A stretch of DNA of 64,000 bases from an uncultured virus (IMG/VR IMGVR_UViG_3300047323_000676) (lineage: Duplodnaviria; Heunggongvirae; Uroviricota; Caudoviricetes): the IMG/VR virus record IMGVR_UViG_3300047323_000676, one strand, 5' to 3'. Positions 1 to 11,806 of this stretch are shown here, one piece after another. The notes below the pieces were generated by a model. It was given only the letters and a program-made list of their open reading frames with translations. It ran no database searches and was not told where the DNA came from. Position numbers and translations under genes: made by a program. Each line of letters begins with the position of its first letter. The first letter of the stretch is position 1.

Positions 1-810
1 ATGAAAGATAAAAAATTAGAAGCTTCTATTATTTTAAAAGAATGGGAAAAATATGTCTATTATGTGAATATTAAATATCGAGAAATAGTAGATGAAAGAC
101 CAACTATACATCAAGAATTAGCTGCACTAATAAAGAAAGATCTGTTTAATGACAAAAGATTAGTCCAAGAAATATGTAAACAGGGGCAAAGTTTTATTGT
201 AACAAATGATATATTATTAGCTGATTTTTGCAATGATGAATTAAAGAATGATTATAATACGGCTTTAGACCTTGTAAAAACACATAGAGAAAATTTTATG
301 TTAGTTAACAGCAAGTTTAGAGATGATAAAATGTTTATATTGGAAGCACTTAACGATGCAAATGTGCTACAATATGTCAGTAGTAGATTAAAAGATGATT
401 CTGAGATAGTACATTTATCATTAAAGAAACACCCTTATACCATAAAATTTGCACCAAATAAGTTTAAAACTGATAAGAAACTTTTACTTGAGTTAATAAA
501 AGAAAGAAATTCTGTTATTCAATTTATACCATCAGAGTTAGATAATGATATTGATTTTTTGTTTGATTGTTGGAAGATTTTAGAATCAGATAGTATTTCT
601 GATGTATTTATTCGGAATTATGGTTCCGCATTGGTAAATAGAATGAATAAAAGTTTACAACCATTATTTTCACAAGTTGTTTTCAATGAAGATGGAGATA
701 CAATAAAAAAGCAAATGAATGCCTGCTTCAATAAATACATGCTAAATCAAGAATTAAATTTGGAATTAAATCATTTAACAACAATAATGGCTAAAAAATT
801 GAAGGTGTAA
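1..810 (+). CDS. DUF4116-repeat protein with conserved C-terminal tail
   Basis: Repeats such as DDKMFILEAL...LQYVSSRLKDDSEIV match the DUF4116 pattern; ends LNQELNLEL...KKLKV. Starts at window edge. Confidence 0.7.
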   Translation: MKDKKLEASIILKEWEKYVYYVNIKYREIVDERPTIHQELAALIKKDLFNDKRLVQEICKQGQSFIVTNDILLADFCNDELKNDYNTALDLVKTHRENFMLVNSKFRDDKMFILEALNDANVLQYVSSRLKDDSEIVHLSLKKHPYTIKFAPNKFKTDKKLLLELIKERNSVIQFIPSELDNDIDFLFDCWKILESDSISDVFIRNYGSALVNRMNKSLQPLFSQVVFNEDGDTIKKQMNACFNKYMLNQELNLELNHLTTIMAKKLKV

Positions 811-812
811 AA

Positions 813-1604
813 ATGGATTACAAAAAAGAAGCTGAGAATTTATTAATATCTTGGAATGAATATTTATATAAGATCGGTTTCAAGCATAAAAAAGCAGGAT
901 ATAATGCTCATAAAGATATAAAAAGGTTAATCAAAGAACCAATTAATGATAAAGAGTTAATCAAAGAATTATGTGAGCAAGCAATTGATTTTTTCTTTTT
1001 AACTAAAGTAAGAATATTAGATTTTTGTTCTGAAGAATTAAAAAATGATCGTGAAATAATATTAACTGTATTACAAGCATATGGTGATAATTTGGCTTTA
1101 TTAAGCCCAAAATTACAAGATGATACAGAAATTGTTTTAGCAGCAGTAGGTTCTACAGATGCATTGCAATATGCAAGTGAACGATTAAGAGATGATGATA
1201 TTGTTGTCATTTTATCTTTAATTACTGATCCGGAAACTATTGAATTTGCATCAGATAGATTTAGGAATGATAGAGAGCTTTCACTCCAATTAGTAAAAAA
1301 ACATCATTATATGTTTGATAAAATTAGTATTGAATTTAAAAATGATCCAACTTTTATATCAGAATATTGGGAACACATCAAAGAATGTTATTCAAGTAGT
1401 ATACAGATGGATAACTATATATTAAGAATATTGAATAATATTGGGGATAAGTTAAAGCCATACTTTAAAGATATTAACTTAAATGATGGAAGTGCTAATT
1501 TGGTTAAGGAATTTGAGACTTATCTTAATTTAGCTGTATTAAATAAAGAATTGAATAATGAACAGAGTATTTCTAAGAAAAAAAATAAAAAACCTAAGCT
1601 TTAA
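813..1604 (+). CDS. DUF4116-repeat protein, paralog of 1..810
   Basis: NDREIILTVL...LQDDTEIVLAAV...ALQYASERLRDD repeats; ends LNKELNNE...KKPKL. Confidence 0.75.
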   Translation: MDYKKEAENLLISWNEYLYKIGFKHKKAGYNAHKDIKRLIKEPINDKELIKELCEQAIDFFFLTKVRILDFCSEELKNDREIILTVLQAYGDNLALLSPKLQDDTEIVLAAVGSTDALQYASERLRDDDIVVILSLITDPETIEFASDRFRNDRELSLQLVKKHHYMFDKISIEFKNDPTFISEYWEHIKECYSSSIQMDNYILRILNNIGDKLKPYFKDINLNDGSANLVKEFETYLNLAVLNKELNNEQSISKKKNKKPKL

Positions 1605-1623
1605 TAATTTTCTACTCAATAAG

Positions 1624-1644
1624 AAAAGCCCCAGAAGGGGCTTA
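1624..1644. terminator. Intrinsic terminator between convergent genes
   Basis: aaaagcccc-agaa-ggggctt hairpin. Confidence 0.7.
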
Positions 1645-1648
1645 AATT

Positions 1649-3163
1649 TTAAGGTTGTACTTTAGCTTTTTTCTCAACAACCTGATCAAGTTCTACTGAT
1701 TGATTTAATATTGCTTCAAATTCTTCAATTATCATTTTCTGTTTTTTCTCATCAAATGGTGGAAGAATTTCTTCAAGTTTTTTATGCTTTTCTAAAGAGT
1801 CTAAAACCATAGCAACTAATGCTGATGGTATTTGTAAATCCTTTGCAATGCTTAATGTTATTTTATCGTAAGTTTGAACTTCATTTTCATTTTCGTCCCT
1901 ACTTATTCTAAACATAAATTTTAATGGCCTCTCATCATAAAAATCATCTTTATTATTTATTGCATTATTAAATCTTTTTTGTAACCATTCTAATTTTTGA
2001 TTTTTTAGATTAGGCTCAATGCCAGCAGCTAAAAAATCTTTTATTATGACAGTAAAATCTTTAATTTTATTAAGGAACTCTTCTTTAAAAATTTCTTCAT
2101 TAGGTTCAAGATCTTTTAATAAGCCATCTTTCATTTTAGCTTTTGTTGCATAATAAGCAGCTTTTTTACAGCATTCTATTCCTAGACCCATCATGCCACC
2201 GTATAGAGTTCCATCTCTATCATTAGATGTATTTAATGACTTTAAAGGTATTTTATGTGTTTTTATAATTTCTAAAAATAATTTTTTATTTTTAGTATTT
2301 ATAGAAAAATCTTCATTATATGAACTAAAAACTTTACCTTTTAAATCAGATTTTGAAGGAGAATAAAAATTTTTCATATCTAAATCAAATTTATTATTTT
2401 TAATTAAATCCATACCTAAATCATAAATTTGTTCTGATAAAGGATTTGAATGAACACATTTAGATAATACAATATGTGAATATAATTTATTAGTTTGTTC
2501 TTCTGACAAAAGATCTTTTTTATTACTTAAAAAATTTTGAACAATGTCTAAAGGTAACATAGATAAATACATAGTAAAATTATTTGTTTTATTTACAATA
2601 TTACTCCATACTTTTTTCTTTTCTTTTTCGTTGTCATAACCTTTTTCAATAAATTGCTCTAATATATTAAATATAATATCTACCTCATTATTTTTACAAC
2701 CATGAAAAGTATTTATTATTTTATAAACAATATGTTCTTTATTAAAAGTTTTTTTACTTTCTGATTGAATAAGTTTTTGTGATGACAAATTAATAAAATT
2801 AGAAACAGCAGGAATATCTATATAATAACCAAAAATGCGTTCGCATAATCCTTCGTAAAGAGTGAACCCATCTTTATCAGTTTTCAACAAATCAATATTA
2901 TGTTTTTGTGCGAATTCAAGAAAATAATTAACATCGTTTTTATCAGAATATGTAAGCTCAGCTACATATTTGCTCCAATCAGGCTGATATTTTTCATTTA
3001 AGAATTCCAATAATGGAATAACTCCACTATCTTTAGGAATATTTTTTAAAAAATGATGCACTTTAAAATTATCAGCAACAAGAGCTTTGCCTTCATCAAC
3101 TTTACCATCTTTAAATAAATTTGAGATCGTTCTTATTTGTTCCCATATTCTATCATTACTCAT
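1649..3163 (-). CDS. Hypothetical helical protein, 504 aa
   Basis: Long ORF with GGAG SD; variant basic tail (EKKAKVQP). Confidence 0.7.
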   Translation of the reverse strand: MSNDRIWEQIRTISNLFKDGKVDEGKALVADNFKVHHFLKNIPKDSGVIPLLEFLNEKYQPDWSKYVAELTYSDKNDVNYFLEFAQKHNIDLLKTDKDGFTLYEGLCERIFGYYIDIPAVSNFINLSSQKLIQSESKKTFNKEHIVYKIINTFHGCKNNEVDIIFNILEQFIEKGYDNEKEKKKVWSNIVNKTNNFTMYLSMLPLDIVQNFLSNKKDLLSEEQTNKLYSHIVLSKCVHSNPLSEQIYDLGMDLIKNNKFDLDMKNFYSPSKSDLKGKVFSSYNEDFSINTKNKKLFLEIIKTHKIPLKSLNTSNDRDGTLYGGMMGLGIECCKKAAYYATKAKMKDGLLKDLEPNEEIFKEEFLNKIKDFTVIIKDFLAAGIEPNLKNQKLEWLQKRFNNAINNKDDFYDERPLKFMFRISRDENENEVQTYDKITLSIAKDLQIPSALVAMVLDSLEKHKKLEEILPPFDEKKQKMIIEEFEAILNQSVELDQVVEKKAKVQP

Positions 3164-3290
3164 ATCATCTCCGATTAAAGTTTATTAAATTATAACATAC
3201 ATAATAATTAAATCTACAATGAAATATAAAATAAATTATTTACATAAATTATACAATAATGGTAAAATGAGCTTCATTCAAAAATTTATC

Positions 3291-3863
3291 ATGAAAAAAA
3301 TCATAGTTATTTTAACAAGCTTTATTGTTTTAAACGGATGTAAAACAATTAAATTTGCAGAACGACCTGAGGATATTAATGAGTCCTTAAATGTCATTGC
3401 AGAAGTTTGCACAATAGATCCTGATGATCATCTTTTTGGTCGTAACACACAAAGAAATACAGTTATAATTTCTTCAAATCCATATACTCTTAATTTACAT
3501 GGTTCTACTGTTGATAATATGAGTTTATTTATTGGCAATGTAGGAATGGTTCAGGAGCTTACTTATGTAACTTTCCTAACAAGGAATGACTCATTGGCTT
3601 TATTTAAAAGAGACTTTACTAAATATAAGTTAGGTCAATGGAGTGTTTGGGAAAATCCTGATTATTTAGTAAAAAATGGGGACTCTGCTGAAACAAGTTT
3701 CTTTTGGCTTTCGACAAGATCAAAAGATAGACTAAATGAATTAAAAAAAGTTCAATCATCTCAAGTTATTAAAGTTAGGTTTAAGCTAATGAAATTGAAA
3801 GATTATTTTGGCATTACTAATGTAAGTAAAGATATTGAAAAAGATATGCCTAGTTGTTTATAG
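3291..3863 (+). CDS. Putative lipoprotein
   Basis: Internal ATG at 3291 gives MKKIIVILTSFIVLNGC, a signal peptide with lipobox. Confidence 0.65.
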   Translation: MKKIIVILTSFIVLNGCKTIKFAERPEDINESLNVIAEVCTIDPDDHLFGRNTQRNTVIISSNPYTLNLHGSTVDNMSLFIGNVGMVQELTYVTFLTRNDSLALFKRDFTKYKLGQWSVWENPDYLVKNGDSAETSFFWLSTRSKDRLNELKKVQSSQVIKVRFKLMKLKDYFGITNVSKDIEKDMPSCL

Positions 3864-3916
3864 ATAAATAAGTTAAATTTATAGTATAATAATCAGCTAT
3901 TGAATATAGGATTAAT

Positions 3917-4738
3917 ATGTCTAAATATAATTTTTTTAAACTGTTAAATGACCAAGATTTAAGTGCCGAAAAATTGGGTTGTTTCTTTTTACAGTTAGAG
4001 AAAACTGAACAAATTTTATTGATAAAAGAATACTTTGCTACTTTTCGTATTGGAGCAAGCAAAGAATTTAATATTGATAATACCTTAGCGCCAATCCAAA
4101 AATTAAATCAAAAACTAAAATTATATGAAATTATCAATCAAACCCCTGGTTTAGCTTATAATATTTTATCGAATTGTGACACATTAGAGTATTTGCAATG
4201 GGTTGTGGAAAAGATGCACATAAATCCATTAGCAACATCAGAAAGCAGAAAAATATATGTTAGAACTGGTTCTACTAATATTACTAATCCAAGATATATG
4301 TCAGGTAAGTATATGAGTGTTTTGTCAATAAACACAGGTAATGATTCATCATTTCTACTGTCACCAACAACGGCTCCTGATTCCAAACATTTAAGTGCAA
4401 TTAAAGAAGAGATTATTTATAAATATATTGGCAAAAAAAATAAGAAAGATTTAGTAGTGTACTTGTTAAGTGTTGGCTGTGCCAAAGATGTTTTGGATAA
4501 AAAAATTACAACTTCTGATAAAATTAAAAATATTTCAAAGGATGCTTTTTTAGGAACAACTCAACTATCGATTTTAGGTCTACTAATTTGTTATTTTTTC
4601 TTTAGTTTTGATAGCGGAAATATTTTTTCTACTATTTCTATAGCAATAGTTATTTCTTTATTAGCTTCATGGCATCATACTTATACAATTTCTAAGCAAT
4701 TTTCGCATGTAAAAAAATACTTACTAAATATTAAATAA
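3917..4738 (+). CDS. Hypothetical membrane protein
   Basis: 273-aa ORF with two C-terminal hydrophobic segments. Confidence 0.6.
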   Translation: MSKYNFFKLLNDQDLSAEKLGCFFLQLEKTEQILLIKEYFATFRIGASKEFNIDNTLAPIQKLNQKLKLYEIINQTPGLAYNILSNCDTLEYLQWVVEKMHINPLATSESRKIYVRTGSTNITNPRYMSGKYMSVLSINTGNDSSFLLSPTTAPDSKHLSAIKEEIIYKYIGKKNKKDLVVYLLSVGCAKDVLDKKITTSDKIKNISKDAFLGTTQLSILGLLICYFFFSFDSGNIFSTISIAIVISLLASWHHTYTISKQFSHVKKYLLNIK

Positions 4739-4776
4739 TTCGTATGAATAAAAGAATCACCGTTCATAAAGAAGGC

Positions 4777-5163
4777 TTAAATATTTTTTAATTGAGTACA
4801 AAATTTATCTAACTCTTTAATCCATGAGCTTTGAAGTCTATCATTCATTATCTTCTCGTCATTTTTCACACCTAAAATAAGATATTCCATAAAAATATTA
4901 TTATAGTTTGTGTTTCTTATTCGAGCCTTATTCATAATAAAATCATCAAGTCTAGTAGGTACAGCTATAGACTTAGAAGGAGGATTTCTGGGAAAACCCC
5001 TTATTCTAGAATCTTTATTTGCTTCACCTAAACCTAAAATAGCATACCTTGCTACTATATCTTCAAAAGATATAATATTATCAAATTTTTCTAACCTCAA
5101 AATTTGATAAAGTTCATCAGGTATATATAAAAAACGCAAAATTGGTATATATTCTTTTTTCAT
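4777..5163 (-). CDS. Hypothetical protein, possibly ribbon-helix-helix DNA-binding
   Basis: KSIAVPTRLDDFIMNKARIRNTNYNNIFMEYLILG resembles an RHH pattern; weak. Confidence 0.4.
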   Translation of the reverse strand: MKKEYIPILRFLYIPDELYQILRLEKFDNIISFEDIVARYAILGLGEANKDSRIRGFPRNPPSKSIAVPTRLDDFIMNKARIRNTNYNNIFMEYLILGVKNDEKIMNDRLQSSWIKELDKFCTQLKNI

Positions 5164-5269
5164 ATATTGAATCTATAGATTAATTAGTTGAGTATAGCTT
5201 AGGCAATTAAATAAGTAAATAAATGTTCGGTTTGTTGATTTTTAATTAATATTTTATTAACTATTTAAT

Positions 5270-5632
5270 ATGAAAAAATTAATTCTACTAACTTTACTCT
5301 TTAATCCGATAGCTTACGCACAAGAATCACTTCAATTAGCTTGTGTGAAGAACAATATTAATAAAATAAAAAAAGAATCACAGTGCCAAACTTATAGTGA
5401 ACAATTAAATTCATTAAAAAAACCTAATTGTCTATATGCTTCAACAATATCTGATACAGTTAAAATAATGAAAGAAGCTCAAAATAGTAAATGTATAATT
5501 GAGACACCGACACCACCAAAAATTGTTAAAAATGGCAGAGGAGCAGTAAAAGTTTTTAATTATAAATCAGAAGCTGATATTGGAAGATTAATACAATATA
5601 TTGAAGCTTATAATGATTTAGAAGCTAACTAA
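5270..5632 (+). CDS. Secreted hypothetical protein
   Basis: Signal peptide MKKLILLTLLFNPIAYA. Confidence 0.6.
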   Translation: MKKLILLTLLFNPIAYAQESLQLACVKNNINKIKKESQCQTYSEQLNSLKKPNCLYASTISDTVKIMKEAQNSKCIIETPTPPKIVKNGRGAVKVFNYKSEADIGRLIQYIEAYNDLEAN

Positions 5633-5638
5633 TTATAA

Positions 5639-6280
5639 TTATAATTTTAATTTTTTATTTGAATCATATTTATCATCCAATTCATGTTCAAGTTCTCTAT
5701 TGAGATGATAAATATCAATAGCTTTGTTTCTCTCAGCCTGCTCTTGATAATAAGCCCAAAATGGTGGTTCAACTATAGATATATGGAAAACAGTTGCGTA
5801 TCCATTTAACTTATAAGGTTTCCAATTAGTTAAATCACCTTCAAATTGTGCATCTGAAAACATAAATCCCATATCAATTACATTTGAAACATTCCACTGT
5901 GAAATGTCACCTTTAAATTTAGATTTATAAAACATTTCTCGCATGTTTATAACACTAGAAGTATCCCACTTGGAAATATCTCCATTAAATTTTGATCTGG
6001 TGAATAAACTAGACATATCCTTAACCTTAGATACATTCCATTTAGAGATATCACCATTAAAATTTGAACCGTTAAACATAGCACTCATAAATTCTACATT
6101 AGAAGTATCCCACTGAGATATATCTCCATTGAATCCAATATTAGTGAAAAGTGAGCTCATATCTGTAACTTTACTTATATCTATATGGTTTAAATCACAA
6201 TGGTTTCCATGTAAAGTAATTTCTTTTTCAATTAAATTTCTGAGATGTTTTTTATTATTGGCAATGATTATAGGCTTCAT
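5639..6280 (-). CDS. DUF285/BspA-like leucine-rich repeat protein
   Basis: FNGDISxWDxSxVxxMxxMF repeats; shared N-terminal CDLNHID; conserved tail. Confidence 0.85.
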   Translation of the reverse strand: MKPIIIANNKKHLRNLIEKEITLHGNHCDLNHIDISKVTDMSSLFTNIGFNGDISQWDTSNVEFMSAMFNGSNFNGDISKWNVSKVKDMSSLFTRSKFNGDISKWDTSSVINMREMFYKSKFKGDISQWNVSNVIDMGFMFSDAQFEGDLTNWKPYKLNGYATVFHISIVEPPFWAYYQEQAERNKAIDIYHLNRELEHELDDKYDSNKKLKL

Positions 6281-6987
6281 ATTTTTAATTTTTTTGTATG
6301 GTTTATATACGGAATACTTAATTCCTTATCTAGTTCTTTAACAAGAATATACTTATCAATAGCATTAACTCGTTCTTGGTTATCTTCTATTTGTGCCCAA
6401 TATGGAATAGCTAAAGTAGAAAAAGCATTATATAAACTTTCTAATTTATATGGTTTCCAATCAGATAAATCATTATTGAATGAAGAATTTAAAAACATTA
6501 GATTCATATTTTCAACCTTGGAAACATTCCATTTGCTAATATCACCGTTAAACTTAGATTTTGTAAACATTGCATTCATTAATTTAACCTTGGATGTATT
6601 CCAATTAGAAATATCACCATTAAATTCAGAATTACTAAACATACTTATCATTCCCTCCACTTTAGAGGTTTTCCATTTAGAGATATCGCCATTAAATATG
6701 GAATATGAGAACATATTATTCATATGTTTAACCTTAGAGGTTTTCCATTGGGAAATATCGCCATTAAACTTAGAGTTATTAAACATGCCAGTCATAAACT
6801 CAACATTTGAAGTATTCCATTTTGAGATATTTCCATTAAATTTAGAATTTTCAAAAACATAACTTAAGTCAGTTATTTTAATTATATCAATATGATTTAA
6901 ATCACATTCAAATCCATTAAGTTCAATTTCTTGTTTAATCAATTCTTTTAAATGTTTTTTATCTATAGCAGTAATTATAGGCTTCAT
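6277..6987 (-). CDS. DUF285/BspA-like repeat protein
   Basis: FNGDISKW repeats; ATGA overlap with next gene. Confidence 0.85.
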   Translation of the reverse strand: MKPIITAIDKKHLKELIKQEIELNGFECDLNHIDIIKITDLSYVFENSKFNGNISKWNTSNVEFMTGMFNNSKFNGDISQWKTSKVKHMNNMFSYSIFNGDISKWKTSKVEGMISMFSNSEFNGDISNWNTSKVKLMNAMFTKSKFNGDISKWNVSKVENMNLMFLNSSFNNDLSDWKPYKLESLYNAFSTLAIPYWAQIEDNQERVNAIDKYILVKELDKELSIPYINHTKKLKI

Positions 6988-7105
6988 AATATTTGTCTTT
7001 GTAGTAGATACATTTTATCAAATGAAATTTAATTAACAATATAAAAAATATCTTGATTTATTAATTAACAAGAGTAAAATTAGGCTACTTTATGAAAGAT
7101 AAAAT

Positions 7106-7918
7106 ATGTCACTAACTTCAGAGCTAAAACAAGCAAACTCAGCAGTTTCACAATTTTTTAATTATTTTAATTTTAATGATTTAATTAAGAGTGAGAATCT
7201 TCAACTGAGAAATAGTGAAACATTACTTCCTGAGAACCAAGAAGCATATCCTTGGTCTTTAGTTGGTCATGTTACAGAATATCTTATTGATTTATATCTT
7301 GGTGTAAGTATTGAAACTCTTTTTCCAATGCGATATTACTCTAATAAAAGAGATAGCTTTTATTTAAATACTGTAAGCCAATACTCTCAGAATAAATTGA
7401 AAGATTTGCCAAAAATTATTAATATCTTATTTCAACTAGCTCAAGTTGAAGCTGCACTAAGAAGTAAGCAGCCAACTCCTCAATTTAAAAATGCTTCTGA
7501 TATTGTAGTGAAAGATGTTTCTAAAATTTTTAATAAGGTTAAAGCTAATCCTTATTTAAATCCAAAAGTTTCTTACAAATACAATCCTTTATTTCAATTA
7601 GGTAATTTAGTTGGTGGTGCTGATGCAGATTTAATTAAGCAAGAACTTAACAATAACACTCTCATTGATTTTAAAACATCAAAAGAGGCCAAAATAAATA
7701 ATTCAATGATTCATCAATTATTAGGTTACTACTTTTTAGATAATCCTTCTCAATATCAATTAAAAAATCTTGCTATTTATTTAACTCGTCAGGATAGAGT
7801 TTTAACTTGGGATATTAAATCATTAATTTGTGATCATAGCCATTTTACTGATTTGAAGTCTGCTCGTAGTGAGTTCATAGCTAATCTATATTCACCAAAC
7901 AAATTAAAACCAAAATAA
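7106..7918 (+). CDS. PD-(D/E)xK nuclease-like protein
   Basis: GGADADLI...LIDFKTS...QLLGY motifs typical of RecB-like PD-(D/E)xK nucleases. Confidence 0.6.
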   Translation: MSLTSELKQANSAVSQFFNYFNFNDLIKSENLQLRNSETLLPENQEAYPWSLVGHVTEYLIDLYLGVSIETLFPMRYYSNKRDSFYLNTVSQYSQNKLKDLPKIINILFQLAQVEAALRSKQPTPQFKNASDIVVKDVSKIFNKVKANPYLNPKVSYKYNPLFQLGNLVGGADADLIKQELNNNTLIDFKTSKEAKINNSMIHQLLGYYFLDNPSQYQLKNLAIYLTRQDRVLTWDIKSLICDHSHFTDLKSARSEFIANLYSPNKLKPK

Positions 7919-8560
7919 TTATAATTTTATCTTTTTAGTTTCTTTAAGATTTTTATTTAATTCATTTTTTAGTTCTTTATTTAATTGGTAAGCAACAATA
8001 GCTTTATTTCTAGATTCGTTATCTTTATATTCTAACCAATAAGGTGTAGGAGCTAAACAATTAGAAAGTAGGTTTTCCATATATATTAATGAATATGGTT
8101 TCCAATTACTAATATCTTGACAAAATTTAGAATTATAGAACATATGCGACATATTTTTAACATTAGATACATCCCATTTAGATATGTCGCCATTAAAATC
8201 AGAAATTGAAAACATCTCATCCATTTCTTCTACACTAGATACATTCCATTGTGAAATATCACCATTAAATGGGCTTTCTAAGAAAAGGCAACCCATGCTT
8301 TTTACTTTTGAAACATTCCATTTAGAGATATCTCCATTAAACTTTGATTGGTAAAACATACCACTCATTTGTACAACATTAGAAACATCCCATTTTGAAA
8401 TATCCCCATTAAAATCTATTTGATAGAAAAGATTATCAAAACTTTTAATATTGGAAACATCAATGTGATTTAAATCACATTCTCTTCCATTTATCTCAAT
8501 TTCATTTTTAATTAAATGGTCTAGATGGTCCCTATTTTGAGCTATTATTTTAAGTTTCAT
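7919..8560 (-). CDS. DUF285/BspA-like repeat protein
   Basis: [13 protein letters not shown] repeats, conserved tail. Confidence 0.85.
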   Translation of the reverse strand: MKLKIIAQNRDHLDHLIKNEIEINGRECDLNHIDVSNIKSFDNLFYQIDFNGDISKWDVSNVVQMSGMFYQSKFNGDISKWNVSKVKSMGCLFLESPFNGDISQWNVSSVEEMDEMFSISDFNGDISKWDVSNVKNMSHMFYNSKFCQDISNWKPYSLIYMENLLSNCLAPTPYWLEYKDNESRNKAIVAYQLNKELKNELNKNLKETKKIKL

Positions 8561-9408
8561 ATTTTAATTTTTTTAATCGTACTATTATTAACATTTAATT
8601 CCACATCTAATTTTTTATTTAATAAATAATTATTAATAGCTAAATCTCTCTTATCTTTATTTTCAATTAGTGCCCAATAAGGTATTGGTGCGGAACATCC
8701 TGTAAAAGTGTTATTTAAACTAACCAAACTATATGGTTTCCAATTGCTAATATCATGATTAAATTTAGCAAAAGAAAACATGTTATCTATTATTTCTAAT
8801 TTTTTTACATTCCATTTGGATATATCACCATCAAATTCTGACTCGGAAAACATATTTTCCATATTCGTTACATTAGATACATCCCACTTTGAAATGTCAC
8901 CATTAAAGACTGATCCTTTAAACATAAATCCCATCTCGTTAACCTTGCTAACTTGCCAATTTGATATATTTTGATTAAAAATAGAATCATTAAACATATA
9001 AAGCATATTTTTAACTTTTGATACATTCCACTTAGAAATGTCACTATTAAAAACTGACCCTTTAAACATAAAACACATATCTCTAACATTAGAAGTATTC
9101 CACTGTGAAATATCTCCATTAAACTGAGATTCGCTAAACATAGAATGCATATTTTTTACTTTAGATACATTCCACTTTGAAATGTCACCATTAAATTTTG
9201 ATTGAGTGAACATACTAGTCATATCTGTTACATTTGATACATCCCATTGCGATATATCTCCATTAAATTCCGTGCAACCAAATAAGTAACTCATATCTTT
9301 AATTTTTGACACATCAATATGATTTAAATCGCATTGATTACCTTTTAATTTAATTTCTTCACGAACTAAATCCCACAAATGATCTTTATTTTTTGCAATT
9401 ATCTTCAT
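8557..9408 (-). CDS. DUF285/BspA-like repeat protein
   Basis: Longest repeat tract of the family here. Confidence 0.85.
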   Translation of the reverse strand: MKIIAKNKDHLWDLVREEIKLKGNQCDLNHIDVSKIKDMSYLFGCTEFNGDISQWDVSNVTDMTSMFTQSKFNGDISKWNVSKVKNMHSMFSESQFNGDISQWNTSNVRDMCFMFKGSVFNSDISKWNVSKVKNMLYMFNDSIFNQNISNWQVSKVNEMGFMFKGSVFNGDISKWDVSNVTNMENMFSESEFDGDISKWNVKKLEIIDNMFSFAKFNHDISNWKPYSLVSLNNTFTGCSAPIPYWALIENKDKRDLAINNYLLNKKLDVELNVNNSTIKKIKI

Positions 9409-10124
9409 ATTTTTACCTTTTTCATTAAAAAGTTGTTATCATTTTTCTTTAAATCAGTGCTTAATTCTTTTGTAAGCAAATAATTATTAATAGCCAAATT
9501 TCTATTATCTTTATCTGCAATTAAAGCCCAATAAGGTTTTGTTGTTGGGTTATCATAAAACATTCCAGTACAAACAAGAAGACTATATGGCTGCCAGTCA
9601 GATAAATCTTTATTAAATTTTGCTTCTTCAAACATTTGTCTCATATATTTTACATTAGAAACATCCCACCCTAAAATATCTCCGTTAAAAGAAGAATTTA
9701 AAAACATATAATCCATATCTTCAACCTGAGATATATTCCACTTAGATATGTCTCCTTCAAAATCTGAATAAGAAAACATATGACACATATTTTTTACCTG
9801 AGACACATCCCATTTTGAAATATCCGTATTAAACTTAGACCATGAAAATAAAGACTCCATATCAGTTACATTAGATGTATCCCATTTTGAAATATCACCG
9901 TTAAATTTACAACAATGGAACATAGCATGCATAACTTTTACATTAGAAACATCCCATTGTGATATTTCACCATTAAAATCAGTGCTATCGAATAATGCAG
10001 TCATATCTTTAACCCGACTAACATCTATATGATTAAGGTCACATTGGTTTCCATTTAATTCAATTTCTTGTCTAATTAAATCTTTTAAGTGATGATTATC
10101 TATAGCAATAATTTTTGACTTCAT
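9405..10124 (-). CDS. DUF285/BspA-like repeat protein
   Basis: Repeats plus tail [11 protein letters not shown]...KKVKI. Confidence 0.85.
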   Translation of the reverse strand: MKSKIIAIDNHHLKDLIRQEIELNGNQCDLNHIDVSRVKDMTALFDSTDFNGEISQWDVSNVKVMHAMFHCCKFNGDISKWDTSNVTDMESLFSWSKFNTDISKWDVSQVKNMCHMFSYSDFEGDISKWNISQVEDMDYMFLNSSFNGDILGWDVSNVKYMRQMFEEAKFNKDLSDWQPYSLLVCTGMFYDNPTTKPYWALIADKDNRNLAINNYLLTKELSTDLKKNDNNFLMKKVKI

Positions 10125-10834
10125 AATTTTATCTTTTTTGTTAAAATATCATTTTTCTTTAAATCAGTGCTTAATTCTTTATTTAACCAATAATTATCAA
10201 TGGCCATAACTCTTTTAATATCATTTTCAATTTCAGCCCAATAAGGTATTGGCGCTTCACAATCATAAAATATTCCTGCTAGAAAACCAAGACTATATGG
10301 CTTCCAATTAGATAAATTTTGATAAAAGTCTGAATCTGCAAACATTTCTCCCATATTTTCAACTTTAGAAACATCCCATTGTGAAATATCACCATTAAAA
10401 CAGGAACTTAAAAACATATACTCCATATCCTCAACTTCAGATGTAATCCATTTAGAAATATCCCCGTTGAAAATTGAATAAGAAAACATATGACACATGT
10501 TTTTTACTTTAGATACATTCCAGTTTGATATATCTAAATCAAATTTAGACCATGCAAATAAAGAATGCATATTAATAACATTAGATGTGTCCCATTTAGA
10601 AATATCACCGTTAAATCTAGAACTATGAAACATACTTTTCATATCTGTAACATTAGAAGTATTCCATTGTGATATGTCACCATTAAAATCAGTACGATAG
10701 AATAATTCAGTCATGTCTGTAACTTTGCTAACATCAATATGATTAAGATCACATTGGTTTCCATTTAATTGAATTTCTTGTCTAGTTAATTCTCTTAAAT
10801 GATAGTGATCTATAGCAATAATTTTTTGTTTCAT
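10121..10834 (-). CDS. DUF285/BspA-like repeat protein
   Basis: Close paralog of 9405..10124. Confidence 0.85.
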   Translation of the reverse strand: MKQKIIAIDHYHLRELTRQEIQLNGNQCDLNHIDVSKVTDMTELFYRTDFNGDISQWNTSNVTDMKSMFHSSRFNGDISKWDTSNVINMHSLFAWSKFDLDISNWNVSKVKNMCHMFSYSIFNGDISKWITSEVEDMEYMFLSSCFNGDISQWDVSKVENMGEMFADSDFYQNLSNWKPYSLGFLAGIFYDCEAPIPYWAEIENDIKRVMAIDNYWLNKELSTDLKKNDILTKKIKL

Positions 10835-11610
10835 AATTTTATCTTTTTGTTTGATTTATTTTCATTAACTAACTTTTGTGTCAACTCTTTTTCTAACCAG
10901 TAATTATCAATAGCTATATTGCGCTTACCAATATCTTTAAATTCAAACCAATAAGGTAATGGTTCCTTTTGAAAGAGATTATCTTTGAAAAATAATTTAT
11001 ATGGTTTCCAATCACTTAAATCTTTATTAAAAGGAGATTTATAAAACATACTATTCATGTTTTCAACCTTAGAAACATTCCAATTATGGATGTCAGAATT
11101 AAACTTAGATTTATAAAACATACTTTGCATAGTCACAACATTTGATACATTCCATTGTGAGATATCACCATTAAACTCAGAATCAAAAAACATATAAGAC
11201 ATATTGGTAACATTTGATACATTCCATTGTGAAATATTACTATTAAATTTAGAATTATAAAACATATAACTCATATTTCTAACATTTGCTGTATTCCATT
11301 TTGAAATATCATTATTAAATTTAGAGCCATAAAATAAATCACTCATATCGTTAACATTAGATATATTCCAATTGCTTATATCTTTATTGAACATGGAAAA
11401 TTTAAACATTGCACTCATGTTTTTAACATTAAATGTGTCCCATTGAGAAATATCACCATTAAAATGAGAGTTCTTAAATAAATGACTCATATCTGTAATC
11501 TTAGACACATCAATATGATTTAAGTCACATTCGCTTCCATTTAATTCAATCTCTTTCTGAATTAAATCTGCTAAATGCATTTTACCTCTAGCAATAATTT
11601 TTTGTTTCAT
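10831..11610 (-). CDS. DUF285/BspA-like repeat protein
   Basis: Repeats plus tail; AAGGA SD. Confidence 0.85.
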   Translation of the reverse strand: MKQKIIARGKMHLADLIQKEIELNGSECDLNHIDVSKITDMSHLFKNSHFNGDISQWDTFNVKNMSAMFKFSMFNKDISNWNISNVNDMSDLFYGSKFNNDISKWNTANVRNMSYMFYNSKFNSNISQWNVSNVTNMSYMFFDSEFNGDISQWNVSNVVTMQSMFYKSKFNSDIHNWNVSKVENMNSMFYKSPFNKDLSDWKPYKLFFKDNLFQKEPLPYWFEFKDIGKRNIAIDNYWLEKELTQKLVNENKSNKKIKL

Positions 11611-11643
11611 AATTTATCCTTATTACCATATTTTATCATAATG

Positions 11644-11691
11644 AAAATAATTAACAATTATCTATTCAAACCTATTTACATTTTGGAATAT
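11644..11691. repeat. 48-bp duplicated divergent-promoter segment, copy 1
   Basis: 47/48 identical to 14201..14248. Confidence 0.8.
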
Positions 11692-11806
11692 TTATAACCC
11701 ACTCATGAAAAATTTAACTTATATTATTGGTAAAATGTAAGAACTAATTTTTATTTAAAAACTCTAATTTATTTAATTTTTTGTTTTACACACATAAGAG
11801 GATAAA

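Noticed and set aside
6129..9119. ORFs 6129..6341, 6245..6862, 8780..8974, 8868..9119
   Set aside because: Antisense or off-frame shadows of DUF285 repeat genes.
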